In this document: one piece after another, positions 1 through 16,185 of the stretch
Layout: every line of letters starts with the position of its first letter
Numbering within the stretch: the first letter of the stretch is position 1
NCBI RefSeq assembly: GCF_009914755.1
Contig: NC_060931.1
Strand: one strand, 5' to 3'
Source: the human T2T-CHM13v2.0 reference genome, Homo sapiens
Length of the DNA stretch: 64,000 nucleotides
The notes under the pieces: generated by a model
Told to the model about the DNA's origin: nothing
Seen by the model: the letters and a program-made list of their open reading frames with translations, nothing else
Databases searched by the model: none
Made by a program: the position numbers and the translations under genes

Positions 1-490
1 AATATATTTGCAGCAGAAATTCCCCAAAATGGAGTTGATAGATCAGTTTATAAATTTAAAGGTCAAATGACTAAATTACTCTCCAAAAGAGTCATCCAAT
101 TTATACTGTTTTATTGCCTCTGTCTGGGCTAGAGTGTACCTTGATTATTAATTATAATGAAGTGGGAAGTATAAGATATTAAAAGACAGAGATTAGACGA
201 GTATCACTCTGTCTTTATTCCCTATTAAATATAATTCCAAACACGGTGGCATGATTGCCAGTGAGTTCTTCAATGTGTCTTTTTCCTTATGGCATTCTTC
301 ACTCTTGTAGACATTTTAAATTTTCATGTAGTCAGATTTATAAATTTTTCATTTATGGCTTTTGTTTTGTGACTTGCCTTCTCCAAGATTTTAAAAAAAT
401 ATATAGACCTCCCACCTTTCTTTTTAGTACTTTTGTGCTTTCCTTTTTTACTTTTGAATCTTTGATCCAGTTAGAGGTTTTTTTCCTTTA
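1..490 (-). mobile_element. Old L1M fragment(s)
   Basis: Degenerate antisense L1-like phrases (ctccaaaagagtcatccaatttatac; ttttaaattttcatgtagtcagattt; tctttgatccagttagag). Confidence 0.5.
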
Positions 491-2028
491 AGGGAAAATT
501 CATGCAATTAAATATTAAAATGAGATTTGACATAATCTCTAGGTCCTTTATGTTAACTGTATAATATATTTTAGCATAGTGGTTCCACTCTATATATATT
601 CTTTCATCATGATTGTAATTCATACATAATTTTTTTACTTGAAGTTTTTAATATAATTGTTTAGGAATGGATTAAGTAATGTTTTGAACCTCATTGCAAC
701 ACATAAAACAATTCACCTTTTTGTTTTAGAACTAATGTAATCCATAAAGGATTAAATAGACATGTAATAATGAGTTTTCATTGAATCATCACAAAACACA
801 TGCTATTAATAATCTTTGGATATTTTCTAGCTCTCTACTTCCTCACGTCTGATTACAGCAATTTGGGGGAGGAAAATGTATTCAGTCTTAGTAATTTTTT
901 ATTTTGACTTAAAGCCTCCCAGTGGAGGAATAAAGATGAATTATTTTTGCTTATAGTCTTAGAGTTGTTGTTAGAAATTGGTGTTGATGAAAATAATGAC
1001 TAATGAAGCAAGCATTGGTATGTGTTGCTGGGACCTTTGAGACTATTCCTTTTCAGTTTTTCCATTGTGGCCTAAGAATATTCTGTCTGCTATTTGAAGA
1101 AGTCATGTTTGAGCCAAATTAAATTTTCAGGTCAAGAAATATTTACTTGATTAAACATAAATTACTTTTGTGACAACTGCCTCATATTCCCAAGTCAACA
1201 AGCCTTCTCAGAAGAGGTCAGGGAGTTTCCTATATTGTTTAATTGCCTTTAACCAATGGAAGCTTGTCATAAATGGGGTCTAAAGGGAGCCTGACCTCAT
1301 CTCCCAAGGTGAAGAAGTGATTGTCTACACCATCATAAGACAAAGATGTTGCTATTCATTGCAATCCCTCAGATTATTTCATAAACGTTACTTCAGTTCC
1401 TCAGATTTTATTATTAGTGCTATCAATTTTTAAGTCCAAACTTGCAAAATAACATCACCACACCCCTGTGAGATAGCAAGTATTATTTCCATTCTCAGTT
1501 GCAGATTCCAGTTGAGTATTAATGCCTGTTTTGCCTGAAGATGAAGATAATGATCTGTATTTCTTAACTTTTTAGCCAGTTTTCCTTAATTACATTTGCA
1601 TTTTTTAGGGTCAGAGAGTTTTTGAGAGGACATACTCTTATCAGGGACTACTAAGACCAGGACTTACTCTGCATCTTGAACCACTCTGCCTCTTGTCATT
1701 AGTTTTCAACCTACGTTGTTCTTTCTCAGTACACATCCCTGGGATCGGTTCTTAAACACTTACCTTTTCCCTTTCCTTCTCTCTTAGATGTCTTTTTTCT
1801 TTGGCTTCATAAAGAAAAGAAAGGGGATCATTGGCAGTTTTGATTTACATATCTGATGGAATTTCGTTTTAGTGGCAGGGATTGGCTTGCATGAGGGTAT
1901 CTTTCCAACAAAACAAATTTGTTAACATCACTCATTTGCTTAAAAGCCTGATAAAGTCAGCATCATTTGAAAGCTCGGCAGGTACTAGGTACCTTCTAGG
2001 TGCTTTGTATATTCATGTAGATCCCTAA

Positions 2029-2260
<232 letters not shown>

Positions 2261-2419
2261 CCCTAAGGTAGGGGTTTTATCATACCATTTCATTCAGGGG
2301 AAAAGGAATTCAGAAAAAATTTAAAGATGCTTGTGTAAGGTCACACAACTGTTGTCAGTGCCAAGAGTCAAACCCAGCGTTCTGTGACTTCAAAGTTAAT
2401 GTTTGTTCATTCATTTAGT

Positions 2420-3447
2420 CTCACCTCTCTAAACACTGTGTATTTGCAGACATCTCCCGAATTCATATCTCTAGTCTAGACCTCCCTGAGCTCAAACCTG
2501 CTCACCCAGTTGCCTAGTCAGCATCTTCAGCTGGATGTCTCACAAATACTATATGTGAGATGTGTTCCAAAACTGATTTCTAATGCCTCTCCCCCCTACT
2601 ACTCACCCAGTCATCACCTTCTCAGGTTGTGGCTGCTTCATCCTTCCAGTTATTGAGACCAAATACTTTGAGGTTATCCATGACTCCTTTATTTCTGACA
2701 CTCCACATGCACTGCCAGTAAGTGTTGTTGACTTTACCTTCAAATGTATCACCATTGCCTCCACCATTACTACCTTAGTCCAAGACACCGTCTTCTGCCT
2801 GGGTTACTACAGAGGTCTTATTATTGGTGACACTGTCTTCACCTTTGCTTCCCATCAGCCAGAGAGAGCTTTTTCTAACTCCAGTCAGACCTTGTCACTC
2901 TTCTGCTTAAACCCTCCAGTAGTTTTCCATCACCCTCAGAATTAGAGCCCTAGCAGATCTGGCCATGATACCTCTCTGATGTTACCTTCCATAGTATTCC
3001 CTCTTCTTAATCAGCTCTAGTCACATAGGCCTGCCTGCTCTCCTTGGATACACCAGGTACACTGCTGCCTTAGGGACTTTGCGCTTCATGGTCCCTCTTT
3101 CCGGAATGTTCTTTCTCCATATCTGCATGGCTCACTCCCTTATTTCTTTAAGTCTTTGAGCAAACGGTATCTTCTCAATGAGGCCTGCCCTGACCATCCT
3201 ACTTGCTAGCACTCATCTCTCGTACCCTATTTAATTTTCCTCCATTGCACTTATCACTTTCTAATAGATGATACAATTTACCTATTAATGCATATTATCT
3301 ATCTTCCCCAGCTTCTAGCCTCCCATTCCCAAATGAAAGCTCCACAAGGACAAGGGTTTTTGTCTGCTTGGCCCATTGTATGCCTGGCATTAGGTCAAGA
3401 CCTGGCACGTTGTTGCTGACCAATAAAACCTGTGGAATGAATAAATT
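2420..3447 (+). mobile_element. LINE2 (L2a-like) 3' fragment
   Basis: Pyrimidine-rich L2 body ending cctggcac...caataaa...gaatgaataaat; ORF 2583-2945 lies within it. Confidence 0.85.
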
Positions 3448-3609
3448 TACTCACAAAGTATTAAGCTCTGTGCTGAGACTGAGGGATACAGGGACCATCT
3501 CTGGCTTTCAAGTTTTTAATGGATTCTGCTTTTTAGGATTTCTACCTTTCAGTTAAAGGGAAATCAAGTTCTAGAGGGGTTCTAACCCCCAGTGGTGAAA
3601 GCAACCAGC

Positions 3610-3810
3610 ATGTGTTGAGCAGTTGTTTTATACCAGATGTTTCATATAGAGGGATAATGTATTCATTCACACCTTACAACAATCCCATGAGGAATATGTT
3701 ATCTATGTTTTGCAGATGAGGAAACTGTGGTTTAGGGAAATTATGTACCTTGCTGAAAACCAGCTTCCCTGTAAGTGGTATAAGGAAGAGTCAGACCCAT
3801 ATCTGTCTGT
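3610..3810 (-). mobile_element. MIR
   Basis: Core ttttgcagatgaggaaactg. Confidence 0.75.
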
Positions 3811-3959
3811 TGGTGGTGTTTTTTTTTGACTGTGTCATGCTGCTTTTCTAACAGCTCCACCATCACCTGTAGGGTGAACCCTGTTTCTTTCCCGCAGCAT
3901 ATAAGACGCTTCCCTGTCTGTATTCAGCCTGTCGGGCAAGGCTTCGTTTTTCTGTCTCC

Positions 3960-4335
3960 TCTGGGACACTGCCAACTCCAACTTCTCTATGAAGTCTTGC
4001 TTTTCACCTAAAAGACCATATGCTTGCAGTTTCACACCTCTGCAAAGTGTTTTCCCTCTAACTGAAATGGCTTTTCTTCCCTTTTCTGCTTGGTGAATCT
4101 ATGCTTGTCCTTTGCATTCCAGCTCATGTGTTACTTCCATGAAGCCTTTTTTAGCTTCTCTCAGGGACATAGTGGGTCACTGCATGCTGCTCCCACACAG
4201 TACCACCTGTTATTCCTACACTGTGTTCCAGTTAGTCTACCAGAAATGGGGCTTTCTTCTATTCTTCTTTGTTTTACCAATGCCTAGGACAGGGCCTGGA
4301 CTATACCATATAACAAGTAAATGTTTATTTTGTGA
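3960..4335 (+). mobile_element. L2 fragment
   Basis: cagctcatgtgttacttcc...caatgcctaggacagggcctgg...gtaaatgttt, an L2 3' signature. Confidence 0.65.
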
Positions 4336-4504
4336 TGTAAAGGTGATTTGTGCAATAATGGGTAATGGAAACACTTAGGGATTTAGAATTTAAACATGGA
4401 AGAATGACAGGTATAATCTGATAAAAGTCTAAATGACACCTCAGAAATTCTCTGTAGATGAGGCGCTCATTCATGTATTCATGGCTATAAAGTAGTTATT
4501 AAGT

Positions 4505-4690
4505 ACATGGACTTAATGGGTTCAAAACCCAGTCCTTACATTTACTGCAGGTTTAATGTTAAATTATTTACCTCTCTGAGCCTCTTCTTCATCTATGAAA
4601 TGGAGGATAATATTGTACTTACCTAACAGTGTTGCCAGGAGGATTTAATGACAGAGCCTGCCGCATATTGAACATTAAGTAAATATATAT
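4505..4690 (+). mobile_element. MIR
   Basis: acctctctgagcctc...catctatgaaatggaggataat core. Confidence 0.75.
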
Positions 4691-7578
4691 AATTACAGCA
4701 AAGTTTTCTGGAGGAGTTAGTATTTGTACTACATGGTCTTGGATCTAAATTGCATTGGATACATTGAATGAAATACTAAACTAAGGACATCGGTCATTAA
4801 AAACTAGGGAAGCCCATGGTTTTTGATGTTCTTATGGGTTCATCCTTCAGAGTGATTCCTACCACTCATCTTTTTTTCCCTAGGTAAAAAGCCCCATTTG
4901 AAGTTATAAGTTGAAAATGTTAAACATTTAAGCAAAGAGGATTTAGAAATTGTTTTTATGACAGAGGAAACAGAACCTGGGAATTGTGTGTTTCTTCAGA
5001 ACGACTTAATTACAGGGAGTGACAACTTTGTTGTTCATGAGATGGATTGTTTTACGAAATAGAGCATTTGATTGTAAGAACTGAATCCTGCCCAGAATCT
5101 GTCTGGAGGGCCCTTTGATATGGTATTCACATGATATAATTATATTTAGAGAGTCCTCTAGGAAAATTTTAGAACCATGCAAATGTGCATGTCTAGCTGC
5201 AATCCAATTTTACATTAATCTAGTGTCTAGCCGTTTATACTCTGTGCATTGTTAGATAGCTTCCTAGGCTGGCAATAATTAAAGGGTTTAGATTAAACAG
5301 ATGTAATGTGAAATCTGTGACATTTGAGGCTAGGTTAGCTAGCTTAATACCAGGTGTTTGGAGGCTGGGGATGTTTTTCGTGGTTATAAGTCTCCATGCC
5401 AAATTTTTATTCTAGAAATTGGCCTGAGAGGGCATGTTGAGAAATCGAATGCAGAAGTAAACAATGACTTCAGAAATCAGCTTGGAAGTCAGGGATTTAT
5501 TTTCTATGTTGTGCACTATTAATATACAGTTGACCCTTGAACAGTGCAGGGGTTAGGGATGCTAACCCATGTGCAGTCAAAAATCTGAATATAACTTTTG
5601 GCTCCCACAAAACTTAACTACTAGTAGCCTACTTGACTGGAAGCCCTACTGATAACCTAAATGGTCAATCAACGCATATTTTGTATAAGTATTATATACT
5701 ATATTCTCATAATAAGAAAATCATAAGGAAGAGAAAATATATTTACTGTTCATTAAGTGGAAGTGGATCATTACAAAGGTTTTCTTCTTCATCATTTTCA
5801 TGTTTAGTAGGCCGAGAAGGAGGAGGAAAAGGAGGAGTTGATCTTGCTGTCTCAGGGGTGGCAGAGATGGAGGAGGTGAAAGGGGAGGCAGGAGAGGCAG
5901 GGACATTCGGTATAACTTTACAAAAATACATCATAATTTCTGTCTGAATTTTTGCTTTGTCATTTATCTAAAAATATTTGTATATGATACAAATTTGCAA
6001 GTTTCAGCGTCTGGATCATAGAATGGTCCATGTTGTAAAAGAAGCCCAAAGCAGTCTTGAATAATCAGAATCTTCTGGTAGATTATCTAATGTCAGTTTG
6101 TTTTCTGGCATTTTTATGTCTTCTTCATCATTTTGCATTGGTTTGGAAGCACTCATCTTTATCCAGTTGCCTTCTGTTTTATTCCTCTGGTGTGGTGTCT
6201 ATTAGCTTTTGAATTTCTCCAAGATCCATATCTTGAAACCCTTTACCCACCCCACCCCACCTGCTCCTTTTTGCCATATCTGCGGTCTCTTTCATGGTTT
6301 CCTTGATAGGCTCTGTCGTAAATTCTGGGAAGTCATGCACAACATCTGAACACAGTTTTCTCTAGCAGGAAGTTATTGTTTCAGGTTTGGTGGCTTTCAC
6401 TGCTTTTTGTGTAACAGTGATAGCATCTTCAATGGTATAATCCTTCCACACTTTCATTATGTTCCCTTTGTTGGGGTTCTCCTCATAGCACTGACAGTCC
6501 TTTCCATAGAGTATTGTGTGTAATGAGCCTTAAAAGTCTTTATGATTCCATGATCTAGAGGCCGAATTAGAGACACTGTGTTTGGAAGCAAGTAGACCAC
6601 TTCATTGTCCAATATCGAAAGAACTTTTAAAAGGCAGTCTTTTATTGACAGGTACTTCCTGACTTCAAGGACAGAGCATTGATGGAACCAATCCAGAAAA
6701 AGGGTTGTCATTGTCCAGGCCTTCTTGTTGTAAAGTTAAAAAACTGGCAGCTGGTGTTTATCTTTTCCCTTCAGGGCTTGGGCATCAGCAGCTTTATAGG
6801 TAAGGGCAGTCTAGGTCATAAACCCAACTGCATTTGCACTGAACAGTAGAAGTCGCCTATCTCTACCTTAAATCCTGGTGATTCCTTCTCTTCCTTACTA
6901 ATGTCCTTTGTGGCATTTTTTTCCCAGAATAGGGCACTTTCGTCTACATTGAAAACCTGTTCAGGTAGGTATCCTTTCTCTTCAATTATTTTCTTAATGG
7001 CACCTGGGAACTCATCTGCTGCCTCTTGGTTGGCAGAAGCTGCATCTCCTGTTATCTTGACATTTCTTAAACCAAACCTCTTTCTAAAATTATAAAACCA
7101 TCATTTGCTAGCATTAAATTCTCTAGCTTTAGATCCTTCATCTTCCTTTTGCTTTAAGTTGTCGTGTAATGACATCACTTTTTCTCAAATCATACTATAG
7201 TCCACAGGTATGCCTTTCTTATAGCAATCCAGCACCCACATAAAAGCTGCATTTTCAATAAGAGATAAAAAGATATTTTGCAAAAAGTGCATGTGTTTTG
7301 TGTCTGCTGGCATAGCTGTAGTGACAGCTTCATGAATTTTGTTTTCTTTGTTTTACAATGATTCTTACTCCAGATTCATGTATCTCGAAGTGGTGGGCAA
7401 CCACAGCTGGAGACCTCAGTCACATATCAAGCAGTTCACTTTTTTCCTATAATGTCATGACTTTTCTCTGCTTCTTGGGGTCCTTTCCAGCATCACTAGT
7501 GACACTTCATATGGGTTCCATGGTGTTATTAAAGATTTACAGTATTGTACTAAACGTGATGAAAAATATGCCAGACCT

Positions 7579-8020
<442 letters not shown>

Positions 8021-8302
8021 TCAATAGCAACAGAAGTGGCTACGAAATTATTACAGTAGCACAGCATGCACTACAGTTAATTTTATACAGTTCTGATTTC
8101 ATCCTGCATCTTTACAATTGTTTACATTTCTCCTGACTGCGGATGGTGCCATGTATGGTCTGTGTTTGTGTGTGTAGGTTTTGATAAATTTTAACTTTTT
8201 ATAATTTGTGTATATTTTATGGTAGTGAATGATATATTTAATAGACTACCGTCTCTATATATTTTACACATTCATGACACATACCTAACTTAAAAATTCT
8301 GA

Positions 8303-9545
<1,243 letters not shown>

Positions 9546-10265
9546 GGACATGCAACAAAGGCCAAAGGAAATTTGAAGGTTGGCAACCCTTAGCAGAGTC
9601 TAGCCACCCACATGTTTTTATTCCCATTCTCTTGCTTCTTACCAAAATAAAAGCTTTTCATCTGCTGCAGACTCTTTGAACACAGTGCAGCCTCTGTGTC
9701 ATCAATAATTTATGCAGTGTTCTCAAGTAAAAGCGTTAGTGTCCAAGGCCTTGTGATTCTGATCTGGTTTCCCAGAAATATTTCACAGGGCAGATATGAA
9801 AGAGAAGATTTAAAAACAAAAAAAAAACTCCATCACTTATTGCTGTGGTGCAATGTAAAGGGCCATAATTAAGTTATCCCCAGCATCATTCTCCTTTTTG
9901 TAGGTATGTATTTCAACTAGAAAGATTATCTTTCCTCCAGGACCTGTTGTACTAGCGCCTGAACTCTATTTATGGGGAACTAAACAGGTTGATAAGTTTT
10001 GCTTTCAGCTGATTTTTTTTTCTCTATGCACCACCAGAAAGGATTTTAGAGTTATATCTTTGCAACTTTCAGTCTGACACTGGTAGTTACTTGTTTCAGG
10101 AAGGTGATTATTCTCATCAGGTATTATTCTTTTAATAATAACTTTTTTTGTTATGAATAAAATATCTTCACTGTAGACAAATTGGAAAGTAGAGAATTTG
10201 TACACAATCACTTACAATCCCAGTGCCAAGAAGTAACATTCTCTTCCAGTCTCTAAAAAATCTAG

Positions 10266-10574
10266 GGCCAGGAGCAGTGGCTCACGCCTATAATCCCAGC
10301 ACTTTGGGAGGCCGAGGCAGGTGGATCACGAGGTCAGGAGATCAAGACCATCCTGGCTAACACGGTGAAACCCCGTCTCTACTAAAAATACAAAAAATTA
10401 GCTGGGCGTGGTGGCGGGCGTCTGTAGTCCCAGCTACTCAGGAGGCTGGGGCAGGAGAATGGCGTGAACGCAGGAGGCGGAGCTTGCAGTGAGCTGAGAT
10501 CGCGCCACTGCACTGCAGCCTGGGCGACACAGCAAGATTACATCTCAAAAAACAAAAAAACAAACAAACAAACG
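10266..10574 (+). mobile_element. AluY within an old L1M fragment (~10120-10790)
   Basis: ctaacacgg, gaatggcgtgaac and gagcttgcag diagnostics; TSD aaaaaatctag at 10255-10265 and 10575-10585. Confidence 0.93.
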
Positions 10575-11503
10575 AAAAAATCTAGTCAGTGTGTTGCTTC
10601 ATACTTTATGTGCAATTTTATATCCTCATTTTTCTACTTAACATTCTGACTCTTTTCTGTATCTTATCAACTATTACTCAAAGACAACATTTTAAATGGC
10701 TATATGATATTCCATTGCATGGAATACTTAATCATTTTCCTGTTGTTGAGCATTTAAGTTGTTTGTTGTTCTTCGTAGAGAAATTTTAAATTAAGGAAAA
10801 AAAGCCAGACAGTTTTTTACAGAGCACATTGTTTTAACGAAACAAACTAAATTTTCTACTCAAACCAAAATAGTTTGTAAAAACCACTGTCTACTCCAGG
10901 CAGCTATAGAATAATGATCAGGGCATCAGAACAATTGCACTAAAAACCCTAGTCTCCTGGCAAGCCATTTCCGGGCTCTCAACTCTTACAGTGTTTTTCG
11001 ATGCTCTCGAAGGTGCCAGAGTTAAACACGGACTACTCTTGTTAGGGAAGTCAGCTCTGTTACTCACGGGGATCTTTGCCCTCCTCCTTTGAAGCTTTTC
11101 AGCATTTCCATTTGTTGCTTGTACCTCTGGATCTTGCCTTGCAACAATGACTAGAACTAGGGAAAGATAGGGACAGCCCTCTTACCACAGCTTTGAGCTG
11201 CCAAATTTGAGCTGCTTTATCCTCATCCCAGCCCTCCACTGTGCCAGTCCCTTGGGTCTCAGCAGGCCACCTCCTTCTGGCCACCCTTCAGTCAGCAACT
11301 GTTGATTGAGCAATTTCCACATTCCAGAAACTGGCTAGATGTTGGGAATAGGATGGTCAGATAGATGTAGATGCTCTTATAATTTATGATTGGTGGGAAG
11401 TAATTATATGGGAGGGAAGATAGAGAGTTATGTATGGTGTGGGAGAGTGATGTACTGATGTTCTTCATGGGTGAAGAACAGAACAGAACAGAGGACTAGA
11501 CGG

Positions 11504-11802
<299 letters not shown>

Positions 11803-12821
11803 TGACCTTAGCTAGCTTTCCCACACTCTGAGCACTCTCTACTTACTGTATTTTAAAATCTGTGCGCACACCCCTTTAGGTATGATCTGCTTTTGTTAAA
11901 ACTGTAAAATAAACACAAAAGAACACAGCCAGTGAAGTGGAGGCATTGTTCAGTAAGGTTGTGTCTCTCTACTGGCCTCCATTCTTGGAATTGTCAAGCT
12001 GGTCTCCAGTGTTGCAGCACAAGTCTCTTAAAATCCTTCAGAGATCAGGAACTGCTCTTTCTTACTGCTGTGCCTGTGACACAATGCGTCGCACATGCAT
12101 CCCGGAGGTGGAGGTGGGTAGAGTTGAGCTGGTAATTTACTTAGGAGGTGACATTTATTGTTGAGTTTTCCTCTTCTTCTTCAAAGGACACCATGAACAC
12201 AGAATATAAGTGAATTCTGCCTTTGTTAGGCCATTCCTTTATCACACTTTGTCTGTGCTATAAATGTGCTATGCTTGAGGTGTGGGCTTTGGTTTTTGGT
12301 TTATTTGGTAATATGACAAATATGTCTTCATGGGTGAAGAACAGAACAGTTTCACCTAAGTTCTACGTGAGCATTTCCCCAGCACATTGTTTTTTTAAAA
12401 ACAACCAGTATCTGACAGATGTTTGTCACTGAACTCTCTGCTGGACATGCCAGGAAAATGCAGCAAATACATTTGGATTTCAGTAATACATCCATCTCAT
12501 GATATTTCTTTACAAAGATGAAGAAAGGGCTACATACAAGGAAAAGCAGATGAATTAGGAATATTAGGCATTGTGTGTGGTGGTAATGTGGTATAGGGAA
12601 CCCCAGTCATGCATTCATTGGTTCTAAGTTAACATTTTTCCTCCACTTCTTATTAAATACATGGCCTTGGACAATTTAATTGAAGTAATCAGAATTATGT
12701 ATAATAGTGATTAATAGTCACCCAGTAATTGCTCAATTACTAAAAAGTAATTCACTATACCAAGGATTCAGTTTGATTGATATAATCCTCTGTGACATGT
12801 GGGTACTGTTGTTATCTCCCA

Positions 12822-13130
12822 ATTTATTTATTTATTTATTTTCTGCTCCTTAATTTTTTTATTTTATTTTTTAAGATGGAGTCTTGCCTTGTTGCCCAGG
12901 CTGTAGCGCAGTGGCATGATCTCGGCTTACTGCAACCTCCGTCTCCTGAGTTCAAGCAATTCTCCTCCCTCAGCCTCCCAAGTAGCTGGGATTACAGGTG
13001 TATGACACCACACCTGGCTAATTTTTTGTATTTTTAGTAGAGACAGGGTTTCGCCTTGTTAGCCAGGCTGGTCTTGAACTCCTGACCTCAGGTGATCCTC
13101 CTGCCTCGGCCTCCCAAAGTGCTGGGATTA
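12822..13130 (-). mobile_element. AluS, slightly 5'-truncated, within a MIR
   Basis: Antisense Alu with (TTTA)n tail; MIR-like sequence continues to ~13280. Confidence 0.9.
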
Positions 13131-13447
13131 TTCCCCAACTTATACATGAAGAAACTTAGGTGCAGATAAATTGAGTGAATAATCCTAGATTGTACAACTT
13201 CTCTTTGCTGGACCCAGGATTTGCACTCAGGTCATTGTCACCAATAACCTGTGCTCCAACCACTACACTCTGACCTTTAAGTCCTTATTTGCTCAGTTGG
13301 GAAGTGGGAATTTATTTATCTGATAAAATATTAGGTGCTTTTGGTGTTCATATTTGGGTAAATTACAAGTCTCCCCCTTTCTGGTACTATTGCTTCTTTT
13401 TATTGAAACTGGCAGTAGGACTTTTTGTTCCGGCTTAATTAACCAGG

Positions 13448-13890
13448 TGTATTAGTCAGGGTTCCCTAGAGGGACAGAACTAATAGGATAGATATACATA
13501 TATATAAAGGCAAATTTATTAAGTATTAACTTACACGATCACAAGGTCCCACAGTAGGCTGTCTGCAAGCTTGAGCAAGAACAGCCAGTCTGAGTCTCAA
13601 TACTGAAGAACTTGGAGTCCAATATTTGAGGGCAGGAAGCATCCAGCTTCCTGAAAGATGAAGGCTGGGAGTCGAGGCCAGTCTTGTTTGTCTTTTCACG
13701 TTTTTCTGCCTGGTTTATATTCACTGGCAGCTGATTAGATTGTACCCACCAGATTAAGGGTGAGTCTGCCTTCTCAAGCCCACTGACTCAAATGTTAATC
13801 TCCTTTTGCAACACCCACACAGACACACCCAGGATCAATACTTTGCATCCTTCAATCCAACCAAGTTGACACTCAGCATTAACAATCACA
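13448..13890 (-). mobile_element. MLT2A-type solo LTR (HERV-L)
   Basis: TG...CA termini; caatactttgcatccttcaatcc...aagttgacactcagcattaacaatcaca; 5-bp TSD ccagg/ctagg. Confidence 0.9.
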
Positions 13891-14004
13891 CTAGGTGAGA
13901 TGGGAAAGCTGTGCCAGGTGATAAAAGGGTTTTTGTGCAGTGCTGCTGAGTATATTTCTTGCTCAGAGTTGTGAGAGTTACATGAGATTAAAGAAGATAA
14001 AATA

Positions 14005-14372
<368 letters not shown>

Positions 14373-14385
14373 TTACACAAGGATC

Positions 14386-14548
14386 TTGAAGAAATATAGC
14401 CAATCTATTGACTTAAAAGCTGAGTAAAATTTTACTACATTGTAATTGTTCATAAAACACAGGATCAATATGAAAATAGGATTTGTAATTCTTAAGTATT
14501 TCCCTTTTTTGATAATTGGCTTCCTCTTAAGAATTATGATGCTCAATT
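14386..14548 (+). repeat. Left arm of 163-bp inverted repeat
   Basis: Reverse complement of 16186-16347 with 10 substitutions and 1 indel by manual alignment. Confidence 0.95.
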
Positions 14549-16185
14549 ACACATATAAGAGATTACATTTATAAGAGATTCCTTTACATCAAGGTCACCC
14601 TGAGGGAGGATTCTCTTGGTGTATTGAAGGGTCCTAGCTCTGATCCTGCCCATTTCAATATAGTGTCAGTATCTGAGATACAGTCGGTGGTTATCTGTTT
14701 GTGGATGATCTAAAGCTGTAGATTTAGTTTTCATTGAGTCTTTATATTTTTTTCTCTAATGATTTTGAAAGGTAGACTATTTAAAATGTAATTATTTTAA
14801 ATTGTGGCCAATTTAAAGGTTTTCATATACATACTTAGAGCTGTATTTCATTACCTAATTTATGTCATTATACTTATGTATTCAAGTAGAATAACTCCAT
14901 TTATTCTTCATATATCTGAAAGTGACTTTCTTTTGCCAGCATCTTTGAGTGATAGCTAACCCAGTATAAAACTAAAACTAGATTTGAAAATTCCTTAGGT
15001 CAAGGACTGTTTCTTTTGTTACCCTGTTTTTCACATGGTGCTCAACCTTATGTTTGTATATAATTGATACTCTTTCCATATTGTTGATTCGTTGTGAATT
15101 TTTAAAAATTAAGAGCTAAGACTTAGGAAGTTTTAAGATACTTGTTTACATGCTGTGAGTTAGGGCTTCTCCTAATAAGAGATTGTATGATTGAGTTATG
15201 TGCTAACGTGTTTCTGCTTGATTAGTTGACTTCAAGTGCTCAAACACAGCAAATAATTGCCCAATTGAAGATGTCTAACATTATTAGATATTAAGCTATT
15301 TCAGACCCATACTAAATCATCCATTTGAATATAGTACAAGAAACTTCTTTATTGGGACTTATTTTTCCTCTTTACAAAATACCTTTGAAAAGAGATAGTG
15401 ATATAGTAGAGTGAGGGAACCTGAGTTCCTTGACTATGTAGTATATGAACATGGGCCTGTCATATTAATTTTCTGGGACTAACAATTTGTACTATTAAGT
15501 AAAAGTTACCAATCAAAATCCCTTTCTATTTTTTTCAGTTACCACCTGTAAAGTCTGGTAGTTATAGTAATCCTACCTGAGTGGGATGTTTTGCAGAACC
15601 TCAGTTGTTTCCACTCCTCTGACTTAGGATAATGACTGTTTCTTGTGTGGGGGCCACAGATGCCAGGATTTAGATATGCTATCATTAGAAAGCAAACTAA
15701 TTTTTCACAGGTTTCTACTTTTTAATTCTTTATTGTTATATTTGCTAGTGAGTGTCAAGAGAATCAGGAATATTGATTAACCTGTGTGAATGAGTAGTTG
15801 GAAACACATGTGCTTTACCTTTTGGAACTCAATTGTTCTTTAGCCAGTCAGGTTATCTATCTAAATAAGATAGGGAATTCAGTAACACATTTGCTTTGTG
15901 CACAAGAGCGGTTATTTCCTATAATGTTTGTATGATGATATTTTTTATTTTTATTTTCCAGTGAAATATAAACATGATTTTTTAAAGCTTTATCTGTCTT
16001 TGGAAATTAATGATCAGTTTGCATAAAAGCACTTGATCTGGAAAACTTCAAATATGTTCTATTTAATACCATCTGCTATATATCTTTTCTATTGGTTGTT
16101 ATGGAGACTTATTTTTCATGAAGGGACATGGTGCTGCTTTACTTGAAGATTGAATTTGCTTTGATTTCATAGTGCATTATGGTAA

